Shown piece by piece: positions 1 to 10,600 of a stretch of 64,000 nucleotides of DNA; position 1 is the stretch's first letter, and each line of letters opens with the position of its first letter. This stretch comes from Myxococcales bacterium. Lineage in GTDB: Bacteria; Myxococcota_A; UBA9042; JABWCM01; BTVJ01. Location: the NCBI GenBank assembly GCA_045863395.1, contig BTVJ01000008.1, forward strand, positions 96,001-160,000, written 5' to 3'. Both the position numbers and the translations under genes were made by a program. A model generated the notes under the pieces. The model ran no database searches and was not told the origin of the DNA. It saw only the letters and a program-made list of their open reading frames with translations.

Positions 1-498
1 GCACATGCCGCCGGCGCAGTCGGCGTCCTTGCCGCAGCCGATGGGCGACGCGGCGCACCGGCCGCGGGTGCAGGTGCGGTTGCCCACGCAGTCCACGTCG
101 CCCAGGCAGATGGGGGGCTCGACGCACGTCTGGTCGCAGAGCTGGAGGCCCGGGCAGTCGGCGTGGCTGTCACACTTCTTCGGCGGCTCGACCACGTCGA
201 CGGGGGCGGCCGTGTCCGCGGTGAGCGGGGCGTCCTCCAGCCCGGCGGGGACGTCCTCGATGACCGGGACGTCGGGCTCGGAGCCGGCGTCCGCCGCGGC
301 GTCCGGCGTCGTGGTGTCGGGGCCCCCGTCCCCTGCCGCGTCCTCGGCGAGGACGTCCTCCCCCGGAGCTGCCGTGTCCTTGGTGCCCCCAGGCAGGGTG
401 CCGACCCCGTCCGAGCCGCCGTCGTCGCCGCACGCGACGGCAGCGAGGAGGCAGCAGAGCCCCGCGGCGTGGAGCAGGCGAGGGTTCGCGAAGCGCAT
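1..498 (-). CDS. Cys-rich lipoprotein (5' part; runs off window start)
   Basis: Manual translation from ATG at 498: MRFANPRLLHAAGLCCLLAAVAC (lipobox), acidic D/A/P linker, then Cys repeats such as CDSHADC and CGKDADC; AAGGA upstream. Confidence 0.75.
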   Translation of the reverse strand, partial: MRFANPRLLHAAGLCCLLAAVACGDDGGSDGVGTLPGGTKDTAAPGEDVLAEDAAGDGGPDTTTPDAAADAGSEPDVPVIEDVPAGLEDAPLTADTAAPVDVVEPPKKCDSHADCPGLQLCDQTCVEPPICLGDVDCVGNRTCTRGRCAASPIGCGKDADCAGGMC

Positions 499-623
499 GC
501 GTCGTCCTTGGCGTGGGTCACGGCTCGACGGGGATGCTAGCAGAGCCGGGGGCCACTCGCCAAGGCGGCTTGACACCCCTCCGCCGAGCGCCGCATCCTG
601 CGCCCACTTCTGAGGAGGAGCGC

Positions 624-1631
624 ATGATCATCGGACTGACGGGGCGCAACGCCAGCGGCAAGGGGACGGTCGCCGAGTACCTGGTGGAGCGCGGCTTCAC
701 CTTCTACAGCCTGAGCGACGTGATCCGCGAGGAGCTGACCGCTCGGGGAGAGGCCACGTCCCGGGAGAACCTGATCCGCGTCGGCAACGAGCTGCGGGGC
801 CGCTCGGGGCCGGGCGCCCTGGCGCACCGCATCCTGCCACGGTTGTCTGAGGACCGGCACTTCGTGATCGACTCCATCCGCAACCCGGTGGAGGTGGAGG
901 CCTTCCGCCACGCCCGCAAGGACTTCGTGCTGCTATGCGTCGAGGCAGCCCCGGAGGTCCGCTGGGAGCGGCTCCACCAGCGGGCGCGCCCCGGCGACCC
1001 CCAGAGCTTCGAGGAGTTCACCGACCTGGAGGCCCGGGAGCTGGCGTCCGACGACGAGCGCACGCAGCAGCTCCTGGCGACGGAGGCCCTCGCGGACCAC
1101 GTGGTCCGCAACGACGGGAGCCCGGCAGAGCTGACCGACGCCTTGTCCCTGCTCGTGCGCGAGCTCATGAGCCGGCTCGACCGCCCGGGCTGGGACGACT
1201 ACTTCATCCAGATCGCGACGGTGGTCGCCCGGCGCTCCAACTGCATGAAGCGCAAGGTGGCGGCTGTCGTGGTCAAGGACCGGCGCATCATCTCGACGGG
1301 CTACAACGGCACGCCGCGGGGCGCCCGCAACTGCAACGACGGCGGCTGCCCGCGGTGCAACAGCATGGCGAAGAGCGGCACGGGCCTGGAGGACTGCCTC
1401 TGCTCCCACGCGGAGGAGAACGCCATCACCCAGTCCGCGTACCACGGCATCTCCGTCAAAGGGGCGACGCTCTACACCACGTTCTCTCCCTGCCTGCTGT
1501 GCACGAAGATGATCATCAACAGCGGCATCGAGGAGGTGGTCTACAACGTCGCCTACCCGATGGGGGAGCAGGCGCTCCGCCTCATCGCGGACTGCGGGGT
1601 GCGGATCCGGCAGGTGAGCCTGGAGGGGTGA
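624..1631 (+). CDS. P-loop nucleotide-kinase-like domain fused to dCMP deaminase
   Basis: N-terminal IIGLTGRNASGKG Walker A; C-terminal RPGWDDYF, GYNG, HAEENA and PCLLC Zn-deaminase motifs; RBS GAGGAGGAG before ATG 624; TTGACA at 570-575. Confidence 0.9.
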   Translation: MIIGLTGRNASGKGTVAEYLVERGFTFYSLSDVIREELTARGEATSRENLIRVGNELRGRSGPGALAHRILPRLSEDRHFVIDSIRNPVEVEAFRHARKDFVLLCVEAAPEVRWERLHQRARPGDPQSFEEFTDLEARELASDDERTQQLLATEALADHVVRNDGSPAELTDALSLLVRELMSRLDRPGWDDYFIQIATVVARRSNCMKRKVAAVVVKDRRIISTGYNGTPRGARNCNDGGCPRCNSMAKSGTGLEDCLCSHAEENAITQSAYHGISVKGATLYTTFSPCLLCTKMIINSGIEEVVYNVAYPMGEQALRLIADCGVRIRQVSLEG

Positions 1632-1637
1632 CGGCGC

Positions 1638-2192
1638 TCACGCCTCGGGCGGGGAGTCCCAGTCGGCGAAGCGGTCCTTGCCCTTCTCGCGGGCGAGGAT
1701 GTCCAGGGCCGCCGCGGCCCCGTCCCCTGCGCTGATGATCGCCTGGCTGCGGCCCGGGCGCACCATGCGTCCGACGGCGTAGACGCGGTCGAGCGACGTG
1801 CGGCCCGACCGGTCCACCTGGATGGCGTCGCCGTCCATGGCGACTCCGAGCTGCCCTGACAGCACGGGGTTCTTGCCCTCGGACAGGATCAGGTGCCGGG
1901 CCTCGATCATGCCCCCGTCCTCCAGGGTCGCGGCGAACCCTGCCGCCGAGTGGGCGACGGAGGTGACCTTGCCCGCGAGGAGGGTGGCGCCGTGGCTCAC
2001 CGCCTGCTCCCGCGCAATGCGCTGGAAGTCGCTGCCCGCGATGCCGGGGAGCCCCAGGTAGTTGTAGAGGAAGGCCCAGTGCATGGCGGTCTCGTCGGTC
2101 CCCACCACGGTGGTGGCGAGGCCGTTCTTCGCCAGGAACAGCGCCGCGGACAGCCCTCCGGGGCCGTCACCGATCACGAGCACGTCGGTCAT
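1638..2192 (-). CDS. short FAD-dependent oxidoreductase (thioredoxin reductase-like)
   Basis: DVLVIGDGPGGLSAA FAD motif, TSLDRVYAVG, QAIISAGDG; AAGGAG RBS before ATG 2192. Confidence 0.85.
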   Translation of the reverse strand: MTDVLVIGDGPGGLSAALFLAKNGLATTVVGTDETAMHWAFLYNYLGLPGIAGSDFQRIAREQAVSHGATLLAGKVTSVAHSAAGFAATLEDGGMIEARHLILSEGKNPVLSGQLGVAMDGDAIQVDRSGRTSLDRVYAVGRMVRPGRSQAIISAGDGAAAALDILAREKGKDRFADWDSPPEA

Positions 2193-2640
2193 CTTCGCAT
2201 CTCCTTGGGATAGTGGGAGGGTCGAGGGCCGTGGAGGGCCCCGCCCGAGTGTTCGTAGCGACCATGACACGCTCCCGCGCCCGCGTCGAGCGGCGGGTCG
2301 GCCCGCGAGCGTCACCGGAGCGGCCAAGGCGGGCATCGATTTCGCCCAGGGAGCCACATCATCGGCTCCTTGGACAGGGTCCAGGCGCCGTCACCAGGTG
2401 AGCGGGAGCGCGGTGATTCTTTGCCGTAGACAAACGGACCCGCGTGTTTCAAAATGGGCGGCGCCTCCAGAGGCTCTGGCCGAGCCACGGGGCTCCTCGA
2501 CCGAGGGGGCCGCGGCCCGGGCGTCCCGGTCGACAGGCGGGTCGACCGCGTTTCGACGGATCGTCGTGACCGGCGGCCGCGGACGCTGGCAGCACATCAA
2601 CGGCGACGGCGGCGTACGCGCTCGGCGCACGGAGGGAGTC

Positions 2641-3321
2641 ATGGCAGGACCATTCGGAGTGGGAGCCATCTGGGTCTACACGGTGCCCGAATCGGGCAAC
2701 CCGGTGCGCATCGGGCTCGCGCACGAAGGAGCGGAGGCTGAGGGTGAGTCGCCCTTCGTGTTCGATTGGGACGCCGAGCTGGCGCTGCCCTCCGCGCAGG
2801 GCGCTGGCCGATGGCGGCTCAAGCGTGACAGCGGATCCTACATGCTCAACGCCCGGACGGACTACGACAGGTTCAGCGAGGCCGAGGCCGGCGCTCGCCG
2901 GGCGATGAGCCTGGACCGCAAGCGCGACAGCAGCAACATCAAGGAGACCAACTGGCCTTGGACTGCGTCGGGGAGAGACCCGTCTGGGCCCAACGAGCCA
3001 TCCGAGATCGATCCTGGCTACATGGTGAAGCTCCTGGGCTGGGCCAACAACTCCTGGTCGCAGATCGTGGGTTATCTCTACCTTGGAAGCTCAGGCGGGA
3101 ACCCGGGATACGAATACTGGTGGATCGGCCATGTGGCGAACTTCCGTGCGGCGCTGTCGGACCGCGGAGTCGTCCTGGCAGATGGGGTTCAGTGCTCGAC
3201 CGTTGGAGCCGCCGAGGGGGTCATCAGCGCTGCGATCACGGCAAACGCCTTCCAACCGGACCCGACCCACCGTCAGAAGTATCGTACTATGGCGCCGGTG
3301 TCTCGGGGCGTCGTGCCCTGA
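2641..3321 (+). CDS. hypothetical protein (226 aa, Trp/Gly-rich)
   Basis: GGAGGGAG RBS, protein-like composition, ends 18 bp before the kinase start. Confidence 0.7.
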   Translation: MAGPFGVGAIWVYTVPESGNPVRIGLAHEGAEAEGESPFVFDWDAELALPSAQGAGRWRLKRDSGSYMLNARTDYDRFSEAEAGARRAMSLDRKRDSSNIKETNWPWTASGRDPSGPNEPSEIDPGYMVKLLGWANNSWSQIVGYLYLGSSGGNPGYEYWWIGHVANFRAALSDRGVVLADGVQCSTVGAAEGVISAAITANAFQPDPTHRQKYRTMAPVSRGVVP

Positions 3322-3339
3322 CCCCCCCCGGAGGCCCCC

Positions 3340-5778
3340 ATGCCCCCTCGCCCCACCGTCGATGACACAGAGGTGTCGGAGACCGAGGCGAGCGACTGCT
3401 CGGGGCCGCTCCTCAGGCATCTCGGGACGCTGGTGGGCAACCGCTATCGGCTCGACGGCCTCCTCGGGGCCGGCGGCTGTGGGCAGGTCTATCGTGCCAC
3501 GGATCGGATCTCCGGCGCGCCCGTCGCGGTCAAGCTCCTCGGCACGCGGGCAGGGGCGGACGTCCGGCGCATGCGGCGTGAGGTCACGGCGCTGCGGCTC
3601 CTGCGCCTGCCTGGCGTCGTGAACCTGCTCGACGACGGCGTGATGCCCGGCGGGTGGTTCGTCGTCATGGAGATCGTGGACGGCGCTCCGTTCCCGGGCG
3701 CCCGCCCGCGAGAGTGGAGCACCCTCCAGCCCGTCGTGCTCTCGCTCCTGGAGACGCTGCGCCGGGTCCACGCCCTCGGAGTCGTCCACCGCGATCTGAA
3801 GCCGGCCAATGTGCTGGTCACCGCTGCCGGACGGCCCGTCGTGCTCGACTTCGGCCTCGCGTCGGGGCGCGCCGTCGGAAGCCTCGTGCAGGGGGAGCGA
3901 CCCGTCCTGGGGACGCCGGCCTACTGCTCGCCGGAGCAGGCGCTGGGAGAGCCGGCTGGCCCGCTCTCGGATCTGTACTCGCTCGGCGTGATGCTCTACG
4001 AGGCCCTCTCGGGCCTCGCCCCGCATCGCGGCGACACCTGGCAGGACCTCGTCGTGGCGCGCCTCTCCGCGGAGCCGCCGCCCCTCCGCTCGGTGGCGCC
4101 GCATGTTCCGTCCGACGTGGCGCAGGTGGTGGACAGGCTCCTCTCGCGGGACGCGGCCGGGCGCCCATCCTCCGCGGAGCAGGTCATCGCCACGCTCGGC
4201 GGGGAGGCCGACGCCACGGGGGCAACCCGGATCGCCGCGCTGCTTGGACAAGACGGGGGAGCGGCGAGCGCCGGGGACCTCCGCCGGCTCTTCGCCGGAC
4301 CTGACCGCCTGCTCCACCTGCGGGAGGATGGGGCGCGGGTGCTTCACGAGCGGACGGGTGGGCGGCTCGACCGGATCGCCGAGGAGGTCACGCGCTGGGT
4401 CCATGCGGGTCTCGCTGCGTGGGAGGGAGAGCGCCTCATGGTCCCTCGTCACGCGCTGGATCGGCTGGACGAGGAGTGGACCATGGGCGGGCCCGGCCAC
4501 GTGGACCTGCTGGGCGGCGCCGGCCTCCACGCCTTCGCCACCCAGGCGGCCGCAACGGCTCGCGCGGCCCTGGACGCCGGCCTGGCGAGCAAGGCGCTCG
4601 CCGCCGCGCAGGCGGGCCTGGCGGCGGTGCGGCATGGCGATGCAGCCGGGCTGGAGCTGGGGCTGCTGCGTGTGCTGTGCGAGGCGGCGCTCGCCGACGG
4701 GACGGCCAGGCCCGTGGAGCTGGCGCTGTTCGAGCTGGAGCGGACGCGGGTCGTCGGCCCGGAGGAGGCGCTCCTGGAGGAGATCCTGCGGGCGTCGCTC
4801 CGGGTGGGGCATGCCGTGGGCCCGGTTGCCCTCGACGCCACGCGGGACGCTGGGCCCTTCGACGACGAGGCCCTGGAGTCAGAGAGGCGCACGCTGCTCA
4901 TCCGCGCCGCGCGAAGCTGCGCACCCGAGGTGGAGCGGGAGGTCATCGATGAGGCGGTGGCATGGTCGGACGCGGCCGACTCCCCGCACGCGAAGGCCCA
5001 CGGGGCACTCTGGCGGGGGATGTGGCTCTACCGGTCCGGGCGATTCGCGGAGGCGGCGAACATCCAGCGAGCGGCCATGTGCGCCCCCGTGGCGCCGGTG
5101 CTTCGGACGTCGCTGATGATCAACGCGTCGAGCGCGCTCCTCGAGGCCGGCGCCTTCGAGGACTCCACGGCGCTCGCGCTCGACGCTGTGGCCCTGGCGG
5201 CCGACCTGCGCCACCCCCGCCTGGAGGCGCGGGCCATCCGCATGGCACGCACCGCGGCCTACCGGCGTGGCGACGACCTGCTCCCAGACCTGGAGCTCGT
5301 CGAGGCAGCGGCGGCCATCGCCCAGCCCGATGTAGAGGCGCTCGTCGCTGCGACGGAGGCCGGCTTCGCCATGCGGGCGGGGCACCTGGACGTCGCGGCG
5401 TCGCTGGCGCGCCGGATCGTCGCCGTCTGGGTGGCAGCGGGGCGCCGGTGGGAGCCTGCCCTCTTCTCTGCCCTGGCGTGCGCCTGCGAGGGGCGGGCGA
5501 GCGCCGACGACTTGATGACCAGCGTGGAGGCCGCGGCGACCTGCCCGGTGCCGGAGCTCGCCGTCCAGATCGTTGCGCTGACCGCGACCGCCGGATCCAT
5601 CCGGGCGGAGACCGAGGCCAGGGCGCGCGCGCTGGTCGAGGCGATCACGCCGGGTCGCCGGGGAGTCCGCCTCGACCTGCTGAGCGTCCGGGAGTGCCTC
5701 GACGCCCTGGATGGCGCGTGGTCGCCGCGCTCCCTGGCGCCCCCTGGTCGGAGCACCGGCGGCGAGAGCGTCCCCTGA
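3340..5778 (+). CDS. Ser/Thr protein kinase with helical/TPR-like C-terminus
   Basis: GAGGCG, VAVK, HRDLKPAN, DFG, GTPAYCSPEQ, SDLYSLG motifs. Confidence 0.9.
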   Translation: MPPRPTVDDTEVSETEASDCSGPLLRHLGTLVGNRYRLDGLLGAGGCGQVYRATDRISGAPVAVKLLGTRAGADVRRMRREVTALRLLRLPGVVNLLDDGVMPGGWFVVMEIVDGAPFPGARPREWSTLQPVVLSLLETLRRVHALGVVHRDLKPANVLVTAAGRPVVLDFGLASGRAVGSLVQGERPVLGTPAYCSPEQALGEPAGPLSDLYSLGVMLYEALSGLAPHRGDTWQDLVVARLSAEPPPLRSVAPHVPSDVAQVVDRLLSRDAAGRPSSAEQVIATLGGEADATGATRIAALLGQDGGAASAGDLRRLFAGPDRLLHLREDGARVLHERTGGRLDRIAEEVTRWVHAGLAAWEGERLMVPRHALDRLDEEWTMGGPGHVDLLGGAGLHAFATQAAATARAALDAGLASKALAAAQAGLAAVRHGDAAGLELGLLRVLCEAALADGTARPVELALFELERTRVVGPEEALLEEILRASLRVGHAVGPVALDATRDAGPFDDEALESERRTLLIRAARSCAPEVEREVIDEAVAWSDAADSPHAKAHGALWRGMWLYRSGRFAEAANIQRAAMCAPVAPVLRTSLMINASSALLEAGAFEDSTALALDAVALAADLRHPRLEARAIRMARTAAYRRGDDLLPDLELVEAAAAIAQPDVEALVAATEAGFAMRAGHLDVAASLARRIVAVWVAAGRRWEPALFSALACACEGRASADDLMTSVEAAATCPVPELAVQIVALTATAGSIRAETEARARALVEAITPGRRGVRLDLLSVRECLDALDGAWSPRSLAPPGRSTGGESVP

Positions 5779-5803
5779 TGGGATGGACACGGGCGTCGTG
5801 GTG

Positions 5804-6013
5804 CCCAGCGAGGGTCTCACGGGCCGGCGACCCCTCCCGAGGGGTGCCCCTGAGGGGTCGGGAGCCTTCCTGCGAGGCATCGGGACCCCTCCCGAGGGGT
5901 CGGGACCCGACAGGCGAAGGCCCGCCACCCCTTGGGAGGGGGCGAACGCGCTGGCATCGAGGCCGGCGAGCCCTTGTGAGGGGGGCGAGCGCCATCACCG
6001 CTGGAGATCGGGG
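5804..6013. repeat. degenerate 42-bp periodic repeat (about 5 units, core CC-N3/4-GAGGG)
   Basis: Units start at 5804, 5846, 5888, 5930 and 5972, each with GAGGG at the same offset; CCCCTCCCGAGGGGT occurs twice. Confidence 0.6.
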
Positions 6014-6174
6014 CGCGTCCATCGAGCGCGGGCTCCGTCCACCCCGACCCGCTGAGCCTCCAAGCGCGCCTGGACACCCTGGGCTGCGCGCGCTCACCGC
6101 GCGCTGGAGTCCGCCGAGCCTCGCCCCGCAAACGACACCGTGCCGCCGGCGGCGTGATGCGGTATGATCCGGGC

Positions 6175-7593
<1,419 letters not shown>

Positions 7594-7666
7594 CCGGGAG
7601 GACGGTCGGGGAGACAGCCCCCCGGGTGCTGGGCGCCATGGACGTGGAGCCCGCGGCGCCACGGCC

Positions 7667-10600
7667 TCAGCGGGGTCTGTCGTCGCGAGGGTCGCCTGTA
7701 CCGGTGAGGGCGGCCAGGTCCCACCGCAGCGCCGTCGCGTCCCAGCTCCCCGTGACGAACGTGTCGGAGCCCGGGGCGAAGGACACGCTCGTGATCACGT
7801 TCCGGTGCGCCACGAGGCGGGTGACGCGGCGCTTCTCTCTCAGATCCCAGACCATGAGGTCGCCGAAGATGTCGCCCGTGACCAGGCGCTGGCCGTCCGG
7901 CGCGAAGGCGATGGCCTCCGTGGTCGTGCCGTGGCCCTCCAGCGAGGCGATGAGCTTGCCCCCGGGTGACCACACGCGGATCCCATCCTGCCCGGCGGCC
8001 GCCAGGCGGCCATCCGCCGCGAACGCCACGCCGGTGATGCGCTCCTCCCCGAGCTCCAGCGTCGCGACCTCGGCGCCTGCCCCGTCGCGGAGCTCGACGG
8101 TGTTGCCGCGGACCACGGCGATGCGGGCTCCGCCGGGGCCCAGGGCCATGAGGTCTGCCGCGCCCTCCTCCTCCCAGAGGGTCCGAACCCGGCGGCGCGC
8201 CTCCAGATCGTAGAGGGCTGCTCCCTCGACCTCCGTCGCGACGAGGAGGGCGCCGTCGGGGCTGACCGCGCACGGAGTCATGAGGGACCCGGTGGCGATG
8301 GTGGTCTCGGCGCCGTCGGGGAGGGACAGGACGCGGATCGCGCCCTCCTCCAACAGCACGGCCCGCCTCCCCCCCGGCACGAGGGCGACCGCCACCACGT
8401 CGCGCTCGGCGACCAGCGCAGCGCTCGGGCTGAAAGCGCGCAGGGCGCCGTCCCAGGTGAGGGCGCCCTCGGGACCGATGGACACGTGCCTGACCCACCC
8501 CGTATGGCCGTCGTGGCTCAGCGTCGCGGCCCCCTTGGCCCAGGACCAGAGCTCCACTGCGTGGTCGCGGCCCACCACGAAGGCGTCCGCCGTCGGCCCC
8601 GCAGCGACCATGGAGTGAGGCCCGACGCGCACGCGGCGCTGAGGCTTGCCGGGGCGGGCGAGGTCGATGAGCGCCACGTGCTCCTTGGTGCGCACGATCA
8701 CCTGGCCGTGGGGGGTGAGCGCAGAGCCAACGGCGTCGGCCAGATCCGGCAGGCGGTGCTCGATGGGCACGTCGCCGTCATCGTCCTCGCCGTCCTCGTC
8801 GTATTCGTCGTCCTCGCCCTCGGGAGCCACGACCGCCACGGCCTGCTCGTCCGCGACGACGAGCCGCCCGTCGGGGAGAAACCACGGGGCGCCCGAGCCC
8901 GCATGGTGGAGCGACACCTCCCCCGCCGCGGAGACCCGCGCCAGCTCGCCCTTGCTCGTAGTCACCGCCAGCGCGCCGTCGGGGCCAGACGCGATGGCAC
9001 GCACCGCGCCCTCGGCCCCCGTCTCGACGACCCGCGCCGGCTCCCCATCCGCGCTGACGAACCGCAGGGCTCCCCCCGCGCCGCCAACCACCAGGCCGCC
9101 GTCGGGAGCCGTCCCGAGCGCCTTGCACGAGAGCCGGGTCACCGCCGCCTTGCGGCCAGCCGCCAGGTCCCAGAGCACCAGGCGGCCGAGCAGTGAGTCG
9201 CACGCCGCGAGCCGGTCGCCGGAGAGGAACCGCATCGGTCCGCCGCCGATCTCCGACTGGCGGAGCCTGTGCACGAGGGACCCGTCGGCAGTGCTCCAGA
9301 CGGTGATCCACTCGCCCTCCTCGCCGCCGGTGGCGAGGAGCCGCCCGTCCGGCGAGAGGGCGACCTCCTTGACCTCGTCGGGCGCGCGGAGGCGCTCGCT
9401 GCCGAGCCGCGCGTCGGCGCAGGCGAGGGCGTCTCCGGCGGAGTCGGTGCGGGGCGCGCAGAGGGGAGGGCGCAGCAGCCGGTCCTCGCGGCCGCGGTGG
9501 CGAGTGACCTCCATGCCCACCTCGTCCGGGTCGTCGCCCCTGTCGGCTCCCTTGCCGACCAGGTCCCGCGCCAGGTCCCAGCGCACCACCGTCGTGTCGT
9601 CGAGCGCCACGAAGAGCTGCCGGCCCGTCGGGTCCAGCGCCACGGCGCGGATCCGGTCATCAGGGCGCCGGATGTGGGCCCGGACGGCGCCGCTCTTCGC
9701 GTCGAGCGCCCAGACGTGGCCGTCCGAGTCGCCTGTGATCAGCTCGCGCCCGCCAGCGGCCCACACCGCCGTAGACAGCGTCATTCCCCCGCTGACCGCC
9801 GACAGGGTGGGGGCTCCCGTCGCCACGTCGAAGAGCCACAGGTCGTCGCCGCCCGCGGCCCCGAGCGTGCGGCCGTCCGGAGAGAAGCCCACCCAGCGGA
9901 GGGTCTCCGGGTAGGCGTCGTCCAGCCTCGCGACCAGCCTGCCCGTGGCCCCGTCGTGGAGCCGGACGATCCCCATGGTGTTGCCCGTCGCCAGCAGGGC
10001 GCCGTCCGGGGACCAGGCGAGGGCTGAGACGGTCGTATCGTCCTCCCAGCGCTCCCAGGCGATGGGCCCCAGCCCACCGGTCTGCACCAGGACCGCTCCG
10101 TCGCGCCCGCCCGTCGCCAGGCGCTGCCCATCGGGCGACCACGCCACGGCGGTCACGCCGCGCTCGTGGGTGAAGGCCGAGGCCAGGAGCTGGCCCGAGG
10201 CCGTGTCCCAGACCCGCGCGCGCTGGTCGAGGCTCCCCGCGGCCAGGCGCGCCCCGTCGGGCGACAGCGCGAGGGACGTGACGCGCGCGGAGCCCTCGCC
10301 GAGGCGCATGAGCTCGGTCCGGCTCGCCGTGTCCCAGACCACCACGTCCGAGCCGCCCAGGGCGTAGAGGCGCGCGCCGTCCGGGCTCACCGCCATGGCG
10401 CCGACCGGCGCCAGGTGGCCGCGAGGCTCCCGGGGAATCTCCGTGCCGTCGCGCGTCCAGGACCGGAGCGCCCCGTCCCCCCCGCCGCCCCAGATGGTGC
10501 CGTCTGCGGCCATTGCGACCGCGGTCCCGCCGAGCGTGTCCGTGAGCAGGGTGGCCCGGCGGCCCGCACGCTCCAGGAGGTGGATGGCTCCGTCGTAGCC

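Noticed and set aside
499..623. AvcI-like antitoxin RNA upstream of the deaminase
   Set aside because: The gap is short and occupied by divergent promoter/RBS elements; no supporting structure seen
2346..2357. 12-bp match CCAGGGAGCCAC also upstream of the fibrinogen gene (about 29144-29155, minus strand)
   Set aside because: A single 12-mer match is expected by chance in 64 kb of GC-rich DNA
5804..6013. CRISPR array
   Set aside because: Conserved core is only about 11 bp and degenerate, the period is too short, and there are no cas genes
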